DNA from: Eledone cirrhosa
Taxonomy: Eukaryota
Reading direction: 5' to 3'
NCBI GenBank assembly: GCA_964016885.1
Contig: OZ024746.1
Coordinates: forward strand, 62,496,001 to 62,560,000
Length of the DNA: 64,000 bases
Each line of letters begins with the position of its first letter. Position 1 is the stretch's first letter. The notes under the pieces are model-generated. The model was not told where the DNA came from, did not search any database, and was given only the letters and a program-made list of their open reading frames with translations. Of the stretch, positions 12,904 through 25,589 are shown one piece after another. The position numbers were made by a program, and so were the translations under genes.

Positions 12904-13569
12904 TCCTGACCGATATGATGTTAAATAGCAGCAACAAGGATGGACACATTGAACAATACAATGTGGTTCCTAATATACAAGACAGGGAGGTCATGACTAG
13001 AAAGTATTTGATCATGAGTGTATTGGGTTAGGGATAAATATCAAAATAATATCCAACCATTTTAAAAAGCATATAATGTTTGCTTCTGGCAAGGACATGT
13101 TTCTTTCTTTATTCAACCTCTGTAAATTGCTGCTAGGTTTTCTTTCCCTTTGCTATATTTAGTTATTTCCAATAAAATTGAGTAATTTAACATGGAGGCA
13201 GATAAGGTTCAAACCTCAGCCATTATACAAAAGACAACAAGTAACAGGAAAGACTATTTCATGACTTTCTCAATACTACAATCTTAATTCAAGTCACTAA
13301 AAATGTATATCTTACATGATACTATCACATAATCAATTAATTGTGTTGGCTTTAAATTTATTTTACAAGGTACAAAGACTATTTAACATAATTTTATTTT
13401 TATCTATCTATTTTTAGGTATTATTGTATCACATATCACCAGTCATGTGTCTAATGGGACAAGGCTAGTTCCTGGGAATTATATGTACAACTCATTTTGA
13501 AAAGCTGACATTATATAAAATAATTGAGCTGTATCTAATAAAAACAAAACACATTATTAAAGATTAACA

Positions 13570-13950
13570 AGGGCAGTGGATTGGCAGTATAGGTAGAGGG
13601 TCGGCCGCTATGCTTTGCAGCATAGAGTTACGGCCCTTTACGGTCTCAGTTCAAATCCTGCCGAGGTTAACTTTGCCTGTCATCCCTATGGGGTCGTTAA
13701 AATAAAGTACTAGTAATGCACTGAGATAATTGCTGGCCTTGTGCCTAAAATAGAAACAATTATTAAAGGTTGATTGGCAGTATCGGTAGAGGGTCAGACA
13801 CCATGTTTTGCAGCATAGAGTTATGGCCCTTTACGGTTTGAGTTCAAATCCAGCCGAGGTTAACTTTGCCTTTCATTGTCGATAAAATAAAGTACCAGTA
13901 ATGCACTGGGATAATTGCTGGCCTTGTGCCAAAAGTAGAAACAATTATTA
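13570..13950 (+). mobile_element. Tandem pair of tRNA-derived Deu/Nin-domain SINEs
   Basis: GTTCAAATCC B box followed by GCCGAGGTTAACTTTGCCTTTCATCC...GGGGTCGATAAAATAAAGTACC-like core, twice. Confidence 0.8.
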
Positions 13951-15651
13951 AAGGGAACAGAAAAGGAAGGGGAAAAAACCCCAGAAAATGAAAAAGAGAA
14001 AAAGAAAGGGAGAGGAGAGAGACACTATACCTCAGTCTGAACAATAAAATAAATAAGATATTCAATAGTCTATCAGGGTCATCTACAACCACAGCTCTTT
14101 ACATTCTGAGTTCAAATTTCATTGAGGTCAACATCACCCTTCATCCTTTCCAGGTCAATAAAATATTGTACTAGCATCGTTAACTTTTCAGCTATATATT
14201 TTTTAGAGATATCGCTGGATCAAGATAGTATTTTTGATGAGGATCTAAAAAAAATATCAATTTGCATGTTTTTACAATCATTTTGTATTGATGGCTTTTA
14301 TGGTGTGGTATGAGAGAGATTTGGTTGGTGTCTCTAGAAAGTAAGCAACTGTGTAGAAATTAGCTTATTGGCAAATAATTATATGATTGTGGTACTCTCT
14401 GAGCCTTGATTACAAAGCTTCATACAACAGGCAGATCTATTGTGCTCTTGTCCCTGTCTGTCTGGCTGACAAAACAGTTTTTGACAATTGTGTTGTTAAT
14501 GGTAGAAAGAATACTGATATGTTTAAATTAATGACAAATTCAAAATATTCTAATTTGCAACAACAAAGCACACTCGATCTAATATTGAGAAATCAATAGA
14601 TAAAATATTAAAACTAATCAATAAGAAACAAGACAAAATTCAAAGAAAAGACAATATTCCAATCTCATGCCCATATCAAAAATCTTTAAAATCGATTTAT
14701 TTTAACCAAACAGAAACAGCCAAAATAGGTTAAGGTAACTGATAGCCCACAATTTCATTAATGATTTTTAAAATACATTCCAAAGGAACAAAGCAAATCA
14801 GTTTATACTGTGTAAATGTTGAAAGTAAGGTTCTGTGAAGAATTGCTAATCCTCTACAAATGTCAAAGGAATCTAAGTAAGGCTCTGTGAAGGGAAATTA
14901 GTAACACTCTATACTAATGTGAAATTAATTTAAGGCTCTGTGAATGAGAACTTATAACAGGATGTATTTACAAAGAATATGGAAATATGGTCATAAGTGA
15001 TCAAAATACCCAATTCTTAATTAATGGCACTACAGTGATCATAAGAAACCCCAATACCAACATAGGGTGTATACCTGGGTAAACTGAAATAATTGTTTCT
15101 ACTTTTGGCACAAGGCCAGCAATTACCCAGTGTATTACTGGTACTTTATTTTATCGACCCTGTAAGGATGAAAGGCAAAGTTAACCTGGGCGAGATTTGA
15201 ACTCAGAATGGCAGGTAAACTGAAATAATGTAGAATATAGTGTCCTGCCCAGAAACACAGTACTTGCAGTTGATTTGAATACCTATCTATGAAGAAAAAA
15301 CTCCCAAACCAGCTCTCTTCCTGCATATCCCTTACCATCCTCCAGGGAAACGCCTTCTCCATTCTTTCCACCGGGGCCGTGGGGTGGCCAGCATGTGGGA
15401 CCCCATTTGCTCATAATACAGGGAGATGGGGAGGGTGAGAGAGATACAGGCGATGACACTGGGAGTTTGTCTCTTCTGTGTTTGGACCTGGTGTGCAGCG
15501 TCAGTTGTCTGTAAGGAGGTAGTGATACATAATTACATGTAACTAGTCTAATTTTTTCCTTGACAACAAGTTATGTTGCATATATATGAAGCTGTAATTC
15601 CTGGTGGGGTCATATGGGTACTGTCATGACAAACAAGATTTCTTGGGCACT

Positions 15652-15860
15652 TTAACCCTTTAGCATTTAAACCGGCAGTATCCGGTCAGAATTCTCTCAC
15701 CTTTTTCTGTTCAAACCGGCCATAACTGGACACTCATACTGATGTTAAGATTTTGTTCTCCAAATAAATAATATCAAAATCTCATAGATTCCATATTACG
15801 TAAGATAAAGCTTTTACCATGAAAATACTATAGTAAATATAGAGTAATGTAAATGTTAGA
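15652..15860. mobile_element. MITE family A (reverse orientation)
   Basis: TIR and internal similarity to 4-244. Confidence 0.8.
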
Positions 15861-16138
15861 GCCCATCTCCTCTCCAGGTCTGAACACATCTGATTTCTTT
15901 TAAAGAAGAAAAAGAGAGTGATAGAGAGGAAGTAAGAAAGAGAAACAGAGGAAGAATTGACTTTAGTACTAGACTGGTACTATTTTTTTTATCAACAGCG
16001 AAATAACGGTAGGTTTTGAACTCAGGAACGAATGCTGCTAAGCATTCTACCTAATACTCTAACAACTCTGCCAATTCACTGCTTTATTTTAATAAGTTAG
16101 CTAAGTGTATAAACTATTTTACCATGAAGAAAATAAGT

Positions 16139-16363
16139 TTAACCCTTTAGCATTTACATACTATATACTATATATACTATAGTATTTACTATTACATTTT
16201 CATGGTAAAGGCTTTACCACCCATAATTATCCTACATAATATCGAATCTATGAGATTTTGATAGTATTTATTTTGAGAACCATACCTTAACATCAGTATG
16301 AGTGGCTGGTTAGAACAGAAAGAGGTGAGAGAATTCTGGCCAGATAAAATGCTAAAGGGTTAA
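16139..16363. mobile_element. MITE family A
   Basis: Both TIRs with TTAA. Confidence 0.85.
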
Positions 16364-17394
16364 TGTTTTTGGCAGAACTTTTATAATCCAATAACGGACC
16401 CTGTTCTAAATAATAGCTTTATCTTCCTTACAAGAAAATAATTTTTTCACTCCGTGAACTTGTTTTTCTATTTACCCTTTTCCAATGTAGTCCATCACTG
16501 GTTTACTCAGATTCTTCTGTTTACTACACTAACAAGTGTCTAGTTTGTTTTTAAAAATAATAAATACAAAATCAGCTCAAGTTGGATATTTCTAAGATTT
16601 TAAGTAGGACAATGCTTGTGTTTAATTCTCCATCCTTTCGCTCTCTCTCTCTCTCTCTCTCTCTTACACACACACACACATTATAAGTACTGGAATACTG
16701 GAAGGAGATTAATCACGTTCCAAAAACTAATCCTTATGACAACATGTCAACAGGGATGGGATGGTCACAGAGAAAAAAATTTACTAAATAAAATTAACAA
16801 AAAAAAAAAATATCATAGACACGCACACACACAAAAGAAAATAGGAAGAAAAATAAATCACTTAACTCTTGACTAAAGGCAGTGCTAGGTATTTATGACC
16901 TCTTGCCAGAAAAGTTATTTCAAAGGCAACCCTTCCCTCCACAAGAAGAGATGCTTAGGAAAATTAAAGAATATTAAACACTTACCAAACATTTTTATAA
17001 CTAACAGCAACAATTTATATAGAAATAGTAATAATTATTTCTAATTTAGGCACAAGGTCAGCAATTTGGCGAAAGGGGAAAATTGAATGTTTGGTGCTTT
17101 ATTTTATCAACCTCGAAAGGATAAAAGGCAAAGCTGACCTAGGCAGGATTTGAACTTAGAATGCAAAGAGCTGGACTAAATACTGCTAAGTATTTGTGTG
17201 ATGCTCTAACGACACAGCCAATCTACCATAAACAAATGGAACAACAACTGACAGCAAAACTTTTGTTGAAATGTTTGGTTTTTCTCTGCCCATTCTCTGA
17301 AAATGTTATGTGTAAAGATAAAGGTACCCTCGCATTGATGAGAAATATCCTTAAAAGTGTGGTCTAATGAAGGTGACCATGACAACACTGACAA

Positions 17395-20300
17395 CATCAT
17401 CATCATCATCATCATCATCATCATTTTACGTCCGCTTTTCCCTGCTTGCAAGGGTGGGACGGGTCTTATTCAGCACAGCATCTCTCCACTCGTCACGGTC
17501 CCTCGTCATCTCCACCGTGAGCTTCAATGATCTGAGGTCTGTTCTCACCACCTCCGCCCATGTTTTTCGTGGTCTACCTCTACTACGTCTTCCTTCAACT
17601 GGCATTTCCTGGCACTTCTTCACCCATCGGTCATCCTCCATGCGCATCACATGTCCATACCACCTCAGTCTCCTCTCCCGTACACTACATTCTATCCCTC
17701 TCAGACACAGTTTCTCTCTCAACACATTTATGCTGGGTCGTTCACGCACATTTACACTGCACATCCAACGGAGCATGCTTGCCTCATTTCTCTCCAGCCG
17801 TCGCATATCTTCTGCGGTAGCTGCCCATGTCTCACTACCATGCAGCATCGCGCTCCTCACACAGGCATCATACAACCGGCCTTTCGTACGCAGGGAGAAA
17901 CCCTTCTTCGTCAACAGAGGAAGCAGCTCCCTAAACTTCTTCCAACCCGTCCTTATTCTAGATACTATGGCCTCGGAACACCCTCCTCCCATGCTAATCT
18001 GATCTCCTAGGTACCGGAAGCTATCCACCACTTCTATAGCGCCCTCTCGCATTTGAAAAATGTGTCTATCAGTGCGACTTCTACTGTCTAATTTCCCTGT
18101 ACATCTACTGCATACATATTTCTCCCTACCTGTTAGTTTGCCTGCTATCCCGCTACATCTCTTGTGTACCCAGGACCTACATTGTGTGCATTTTATAGAA
18201 TTTATGCCAGTTCCTTTTCTGCATATCGAACATGGCCATTTCCCTGACGGAATCAGGGTTTTGTCCTCTTTTCTACTCATCAACACTTTTGTCTTAGCTA
18301 GATTTACTCTCAGTCCTCTTGCTTCCAACTGCTGTTTCCATAGCCGGAATTTATTCTCTAGCTCCTCTACTGATTCTGCCATAAGAACCAGATCGTCAGC
18401 ATAGAGAAGTTCCCATGGACAGCCAGTCTTAAACTCCTCTGTTATGGCTTGGAGGACTATAATGAACAAGAGCGGGCTGAGGACCGAACCCTGATGTACT
18501 CCTACTTGTATCTGGAATTCCTCACTAAACTCCATTCCTACCCTGACTTTACTGAGAGTACCTCTGTACAAAGTTTGCACTGTCCTTACAAGCCATTCCT
18601 CAACACCCAGCTTCCTTAGGGACCACCAGATGACAGATCGGGGTACCCTATCAAAGGCCTTCTCTAGGTCAACAAAGGCCAAGTATAGTGGCTTATTCTT
18701 CTCTAAGAACCTCTCTTGCATTTGTCTCACCAAGAAGAGGGCATCTGTTGTACTCTTCCCAGGCACAAAACCAAACTGCATCTCATCTAGTTTGACCCTT
18801 TCTCTAATTAGTTGTGCTAAAATCCTTTCTGCCACTTTCATAACCTGATCTATCAGTTTTATACCCCTATAATTGCTCCTCTCCAAAGCATCCCCTTTAC
18901 CTTTGTAGCAATTTATGAGAATACTGCTGCACCAGTCTTTGGGTATGACACCACCATATATAGCCTGATTGATTATGCGTGCAACCAGTTTAGTGCCTCC
19001 GTCCCCTGATGCCTTCAGCATCTCAGCAACTATTCCCGATGGTCCGGCCGCCTTACCATTTTTCATTTCCCTAATCGCCTCTTGGACCCTATATTCGTCA
19101 ATCTCAATAGCTGGTCCCTCTGTCGGATCTACCAAGGGTAATTTCTCTCTCTCCCATTCGTTCTCCACATTCATCAGTCTCTCATAATGGCATTTCCAGG
19201 CCTCCTTTTTCTGGTCATTCGTGACACTAAGTACACCGGCATCATCCCGGACACATTTATCACCAACAACATCCTGATTTGCATTGACACACTGCCTTGC
19301 AATGTGGAACACCGCACGCCTCTGATCTTCCCGTCGCAGAACATTGGCAAACCTCCTACTCTCTGCCTCCCTGCGTGCTAAGTACACCTGACGTCTAGCT
19401 TCTCTCTTAGTGGCTGTATATTCTTCCCTACTCCCACCCTTATTCCAAGCCTTCCATGCTAGTCTTTTGTCTCTAATAGCCTTATCTACACTGCTGTTCC
19501 ACCACCAGGTCACTCTCTGTCTGGTTGGGGCTCTGCTCCAGCCACAAGTTTCATCAGTAGCCTTCAGCAAGTTGTCACGTAAGAACTTCCAGTTATTATC
19601 TATGTCATACGTCTCTAAATCGTCTTCTTTTTCGTCATATACATCTTGAAGGGCTTTCCTAAATTTGAATTTTAGTGAAAGGTCTTTTAGCTTCCAGACC
19701 TTTCTTCTCCACACCTTCCTATATGGCTCATTCCATCTCTTGCTTACTGAGATATCACTAACAACTAACCTATGCTGTGGGGTACATTCTTCCCCAGGGT
19801 ATGCCTTGGTATTAGACACTATCTGCCTGTCCCGCTGCCTAACTAGCAGGAAGTCAATCTGGCTTATGTGCTCACCAGATTTGTAGGTTATTAGGTGATT
19901 GGCAGGTTTCTGGAAGTTTGTGTTGCAAATAGTCAATGTACTTGCATCACAAAATTCAAGAAGTCTCACTCCTTCTTCATTTCTTGAACCGTAACCATGC
20001 CCACCATGTACCCCAGTGTAACCATCCTGGAGCTGTCCAACATGACCATTGAAGTCTCCTGCTAGCATAACGATGTCTCCGTCCTCTGTCATTGTGGTTG
20101 TTTGCAAAAGTTGCTCATAAAAGCAGTCTTTCTCATCTTTGCCTAGGCCTGCTTGGGGAGCATAGACCGAGATGATTGTCAGTAGTCTCCTACCTACAAC
20201 TAATCTAAGCTTAATTATTCGATTACTAACTCGAACTACCTCTATTGTCTTATTGATCCATTTCTCAGCCAGGAAAATGCCTACTCCCCCTAACCCATCA

Positions 20301-20672
20301 TCCTTACCTACCCAGAATAGCTTATAGCTAAGACGCTTGCCTACGACTAGTCTCGCAGAGGCACCTCTCCATCTCACCTCTTGCACGCAGCACACATCCA
20401 CCTGCCTTCTCTCCAGCATCTCCGCTATTTCAGCAGATCTACCTCTGAGAGTGCCAACATTAAGTGTTGCAACTCTGAGATGCGACGTCTTCATATTTTT
20501 TTCTATGCTGTTTTGTTGCTGTGCTGATAAGCTTTTTGGCATTGATACACTGGTTGGATGCCCTTCCTAACACCAGCGCCACTTTACAGCATGGACTGGG
20601 TGCTTTTATTTGTGCCACCAGCACTAGAGAGGATGTCTTACTAGACTCAAGGGCCCTCTCTACCCCTCTACC
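17395..20672 (-). mobile_element. Near or fully full-length RTE LINE with (GAT)n 3' tail
   Basis: (CAT)n on the + strand abuts the stop codon. The 5' UTR contains AAAAGCACCCAG...CTGTAAAG...GGTGTTAGGAAGGGCATCC. The 5' boundary is approximate; CAACATCA near both ends is a weak possible TSD. Confidence 0.9.
17426..20542 (-). CDS. RTE-clade non-LTR retrotransposon ORF (APE endonuclease + reverse transcriptase + C4HC3 finger), 1038 aa, uninterrupted
   Basis: APE motifs NVGTL, CVQEVR, VYAPQ, GDFNGH, IDFLL. RT motifs KAAGPSGI, NYRGIKL, QFGF, FVDLEKAFDRV, GVHQGSVLSPLLF, YADD, FRYLG. RTE-type C-terminus [11 protein letters not shown]...RGRPRKTW. Confidence 0.97.
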   Translation of the reverse strand: MPKSLSAQQQNSIEKNMKTSHLRVATLNVGTLRGRSAEIAEMLERRQVDVCCVQEVRWRGASARLVVGKRLSYKLFWVGKDDGLGGVGIFLAEKWINKTIEVVRVSNRIIKLRLVVGRRLLTIISVYAPQAGLGKDEKDCFYEQLLQTTTMTEDGDIVMLAGDFNGHVGQLQDGYTGVHGGHGYGSRNEEGVRLLEFCDASTLTICNTNFQKPANHLITYKSGEHISQIDFLLVRQRDRQIVSNTKAYPGEECTPQHRLVVSDISVSKRWNEPYRKVWRRKVWKLKDLSLKFKFRKALQDVYDEKEDDLETYDIDNNWKFLRDNLLKATDETCGWSRAPTRQRVTWWWNSSVDKAIRDKRLAWKAWNKGGSREEYTATKREARRQVYLARREAESRRFANVLRREDQRRAVFHIARQCVNANQDVVGDKCVRDDAGVLSVTNDQKKEAWKCHYERLMNVENEWEREKLPLVDPTEGPAIEIDEYRVQEAIREMKNGKAAGPSGIVAEMLKASGDGGTKLVARIINQAIYGGVIPKDWCSSILINCYKGKGDALERSNYRGIKLIDQVMKVAERILAQLIRERVKLDEMQFGFVPGKSTTDALFLVRQMQERFLEKNKPLYLAFVDLEKAFDRVPRSVIWWSLRKLGVEEWLVRTVQTLYRGTLSKVRVGMEFSEEFQIQVGVHQGSVLSPLLFIIVLQAITEEFKTGCPWELLYADDLVLMAESVEELENKFRLWKQQLEARGLRVNLAKTKVLMSRKEDKTLIPSGKWPCSICRKGTGINSIKCTQCRSWVHKRCSGIAGKLTGREKYVCSRCTGKLDSRSRTDRHIFQMREGAIEVVDSFRYLGDQISMGGGCSEAIVSRIRTGWKKFRELLPLLTKKGFSLRTKGRLYDACVRSAMLHGSETWAATAEDMRRLERNEASMLRWMCSVNVRERPSINVLREKLCLRGIECSVRERRLRWYGHVMRMEDDRWVKKCQEMPVEGRRSRGRPRKTWAEVVRTDLRSLKLTVEMTRDRDEWRDAVLNKTRPTLASREKRT

Positions 20673-21298
20673 CAACATCAATTTGAGGTTCTGCTACAAA
20701 ACCGTTGACCCTTTCATTACCATATTTATAATGAAATACATTGTATTTGATTTAATTAATGAAAGATCTGGAGGCATTTATTAAAATAATTATTTCATTA
20801 TTAAGACGATATATAATTTAACAAAAGGTTATGTCAAATTATGTTGAAGATTTTGATTTAAATAGGAACCTTTTAAAATGGGTTATTTTATTTCATGGTA
20901 CCAGAGGCAGTTTTGCTTGGGTTGTGTCTCAGTTAACTACCTGCTGTCATTAAATATAGACCAATTTATTTATTTATTTTTTTTTTTCTTGTGTCTGCCC
21001 TAAGCCAGTATGGTCACAGAAAAGCTGCTACTGTCAACAATAAGGCTATAATAGACAAGAGGTTGCTGTTGATAGAGCTATAGACAAGAAGCTACCTACT
21101 GTTGACAGTGGGCGCAACAAATCTGTGAACTGAGAATAGTTATTGGCCTGGATTTTCCAGGAATGCCCTAAAGTGCAATGGTGAGATAGCCTCTATGGAT
21201 TTATTTGACCTACAAGAAACAGTAGCCAAATCCCTCCCATCATAAAAAAAAAAAGAAACATTTAGATGTGCTAAAGAATGTTTAAACAAATGAAATGT

Positions 21299-21592
21299 TT
21301 AACCTTTTAGCATTCACATTACTATATATATACTATTATATTTTCATGGTAAATGCTTTATCTCACATAATTATCTCACATAATATCGAATCTATGAGAT
21401 TTTGAAAGTATTTATTTTGAGAACAATACCTTAACATCAGTTTGAGTGACCAGTTATAGCCAGTTTCAACAGAAAAAGGTAGAGAATTCTGGCCGGTTTT
21501 GGCCAGTTTGAGTGACCAGTTACAGCCAGTTTCAACAGAAAAAGGTAGAGAATTCTGGCCGGTTTTGGCCAGTTTGAACATTAAAAGGTTAA
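21299..21592. mobile_element. MITE family A with internal ~65-bp tandem duplication
   Basis: TIRs present; AGTTTGAGTGACCAG...GGTTTTGGCC occurs twice. Confidence 0.82.
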
Positions 21593-22197
21593 AGTAGAAT
21601 GATGGAGAGTACTTTGATCATTGGTCTGGTTAATCATAGTTGACCAAGGAATTAAATAACAAGAATAATTGAGGGAAGCACTGAGTGGTTCAGCTCCTTG
21701 GCTTGCTAGAAGTAGCAGCAAGGACATATAAGATAATGATTTCTACTTTAGGCACAATGCCAGTAATTTGGGGGGAGGGGGAGTTGATTAATAGGCAGTC
21801 ATTTGAATGTTGGATAAAATGTTTTGCAGTATTCATTCCAATTATCTGTGCTCTGAAGTCAAATCCTGCCAAGGTCAACTTTGCATTTCATCCTTCTGAG
21901 GTTGATTAAAAAAAAAAAAAAATACCAGTCTAGTACTGGGGTCGATTCTTCTTCTATATCTCTTTCTCACTTCCTCTCTGTCACTCTCTTTCCTTACTCT
22001 AGAAATTGGATGTATTCAAACCTGTAATGGTTTAAACAAAATACCCCAGAAGTGACTCTTTAAGTTAAGGACCCATACAACAAACACAAAGTTGATCAAA
22101 TCAACTCCAGTCCAAAAGGATGGAAGGCAAAGCTGACCTCGATGGGAATTGAGCTCAGAACATTAACATTAAACAGCCCCACCCAACCCCGTACAAA

Positions 22198-22676
22198 TCT
22201 AAACTATAATAAAGTGAGGAGCGCGGGACTGTGTACGGTTTATAATGTTTTATCCCATTAGTAAAATAAGTTGGATTACTTTGAATAAATAATGAATGAA
22301 TATTATATAATTTATCTACTAAATTTTGTGGCTGTTGATTAAATATATTTTGTTTATTTAAAGATTTACTTCTTTAAATTTTCTGAAATGTCAACACTTC
22401 ACGTGGCGATTGCTTAAATAAACATACTAATTTTCTGTCACTAATTTTCTCCTAATGCAGTTTATATATAATATTGTCTTTTTCTAATGTATCATGGATT
22501 ACGTTACTGATTACATAAGACAGTGTAACGTAGTCTTCGCTCAATTTCTGTGTATATTGTCAATTACGATTTTATTTGATGTATCATATCTACATGTACA
22601 TATACTTACGTATAATATCAATATGCACACTACATATGCTAGTAGAAAACCACCCTAAGGGTGGTTTTTCTGCTAG
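22198..22676 (+). mobile_element. Non-autonomous Helitron (479 bp)
   Basis: Starts A|TCTAAACTATAATAAAG, has subterminal hairpin ACCACCCTAAGGGTGGT and ends CTAG|T, with no TSD. A second copy is present in the window. Confidence 0.8.
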
Positions 22677-23093
22677 TACTTTTAATGATACTGCTAATCC
22701 ACAATATAGTCTTAGATATTGTTGTTGTTTTTTTAAGTGGTTGAGAGGGAATGGCTGGAACTAAAAGGACTTGCCTTTGGTCATAGGTCTGGTGGATCAA
22801 AGCCAGCTGTGTGAGGGAGGGAGGACCAGTAACAATATACCTAAAAACCTCAACATACCCACAACCTCCAATTACAACAGTAGCAGCTAGATAATAAGAG
22901 AGGAAGGTGTGTGTGTATGTGCTGTGAAATTTATTATGATAAACTCTTAGTAGATAAAACACTAGAGAAAATAGAAGCTTTTGATCCAATGTCAACAGAA
23001 AATATTACTTTTAACAACACTTCATGACAAAAAAAAAATATAAATAAACTTGACCTTTAACACAAAAGTAAAGTAAAGCTAGAGATAGAGGCA

Positions 23094-23313
<220 letters not shown>

Positions 23314-23961
23314 ATTAACATATGGGAGCTCATCAGTATACTTACTATGTAATACCCCCACCCCCTCTTATTATACATACAAACTCACAAGCCATTATAT
23401 TACATACATTACCTAGAGAAACTAGTATGACATACCTAGAGAAACTAGTATTTCTAAACATTAATTCATACATAGAGATAAATAAGCTAAAATATGTAGC
23501 TATAATAGGTACACAAACACAGAAGATAATTTATATATAAACATACAATGACATATAAAGAGAACCAAGCCAAGATATATAATAGCTACACATACAATGA
23601 CATACATAGAGAAAACCAAGCCAAGGTATATAATAGCTACACACACACACACATATATACATACAAAACAGACTTTGTATCATATTCCTTGTTCCACAAA
23701 CAAAAACACTTGTTTAATAATACCTATGAGAGAGAATATGATAAAAATCTTGCTATTTTCACTATGTACTAACAACAGAAACTATAATGTAATGTGAAGG
23801 ACCTTTTAGATGATGATGTTGTAGCTATTTGGCTCCAGTTCAGACCTGATTAACTCTTGTTACCATATATTAAACTCAAGGCACTGCTTATCATTTTCAA
23901 AGCATTCTGAAAATCATATAACTAACTTACTGATTATTAAAGCTGATAGTTGGAGCATTAC

Positions 23962-24137
23962 TTAACCCTTTAGTGTTCAAACCGGCCAGAATTCTCTACC
24001 TTTTTCTGTTGAAACTGGCTGTAAATATTTTCAAAATCTCATAGATTCGATATTATGTGAGATAATTATGTGAGATAAAGCATTTACTATGAAAATATAA
24101 TAATATATATAAAGTAATGTGAATGCTAAAGGGTTAA
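23962..24137. mobile_element. MITE family A nested in a family B MITE
   Basis: TIRs with TTAA; the flanks (23850-24220) resemble 32899-33150. Confidence 0.8.
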
Positions 24138-25589
24138 AGTTTCCTATGTAAAATTATGATGAAAGGTTTTTTTTTAGATAAACATAAACACTATAAAACA
24201 AATATTTTGTTATTCGTAGAAAATGTAGGGAAACTCAGGCACAGAAAAATAACTGTAAATACAGTTGGTTGCTATAAATAGCTTAGAAATTCAGGTAAAG
24301 ACTCCTTATAGATGGAAAAGAGTGGCCAGCAGTCACTCAGAAAAATTGAACTCCATATTTTTCAGATAGTGGCTGATTGCTCTAACTATTAAGCAAAACA
24401 GATGGACAACAATTGCCATCTAAATTAGAAGCTAAATCAAAGTTTGAAATCTAAATAGCATTGTAGGAAAAGTTTGAACTTTTGAAGTATTGAGAGATTT
24501 AGGAAAAATGTAGGAAAACTCTTCATAGCAATGTCTAGCCCCTTTTTTCTATATATAAGGGCTCTTTAGCCCATTTTCTAAGCTATTTAAAGCAACCAAC
24601 TGTAGTTACAGATATTTTTCTGTGTCTGAGTTTCCTACATTTTCCACAAACCTCATAACATCTCAGCACTTCGGCTCTACAATACAAATTGTTTGAACTT
24701 TCAGAGACAGTTTCAGCAGTTTGGTATCTATAGACTTAATCAAATGTACAATAAAAGTCATTCCAGCCATGGCTTTACTCTCTTTTATTGAACCAGTGCA
24801 TCTAAGAGTACACCATTACATTTTCAAATCAGTAAGATGTGATATGAGAAAGATTTAGACAATAAATTCTGTGAAAAGAAGTAAAACTTAACAATACTGA
24901 GCCCCTATCCAACCAAAAATCAAGGATACTATATTCTTTCGTTGGTATTGTAGATTTATGACAATGTATATTGGTGCTCTAGTAACTATTGTTTACCTAT
25001 CAACTTTGTACCAAATGGGTTTATACATAGGCACATAATGGTTTATATTTCAATAAATATACTGCAGGGGGTGGTGAATTGACAGAGTTGATAGAACATC
25101 AGACAGAATGTTTTGCAGTATTCGTTCTGGCTCTTTGCATTCAAATCTATCCAGTACAGAGGTGGATTCTTTCTATCCCTTTTTTTTCTTCTTCTCTCAC
25201 ACTCTCTCTGGAAGAAATCAGCTCTGTTCATACCTGATGAGGGGATGGGCAGCAATGCCCCTGATAATAGGTTAGCTCATAGAGGTTGATCAGGGGTTTT
25301 AATGAACAACAACATAACACCTTAACCAGTAAAGATAGATACTTGCAGGCTGAAACACCTAGCTATTTTGAGTCAACAAAAAAGCCTCTACATGGTCACT
25401 GAAACTTCAAATCCCATACCACCATCTAAAAAAAAAAGGGAGGCGGGCGGATTATTGGACAATATAGACCGGGGTTCTCTGATCATAGGAAAAAGTCAGG
25501 ATGGTCACAGCTGGAATATCTTTGATCATAGGCCTGCTCTATTAGGAGTCTTCTGAAGCTAAACAACAACTTGTCTACTTAATCATATG

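Noticed and set aside
17367-18002. 211-aa plus-strand ORF and other ORFs antisense to the LINE
   Set aside because: Shadow ORFs of the RTE coding strand with no recognisable motifs.
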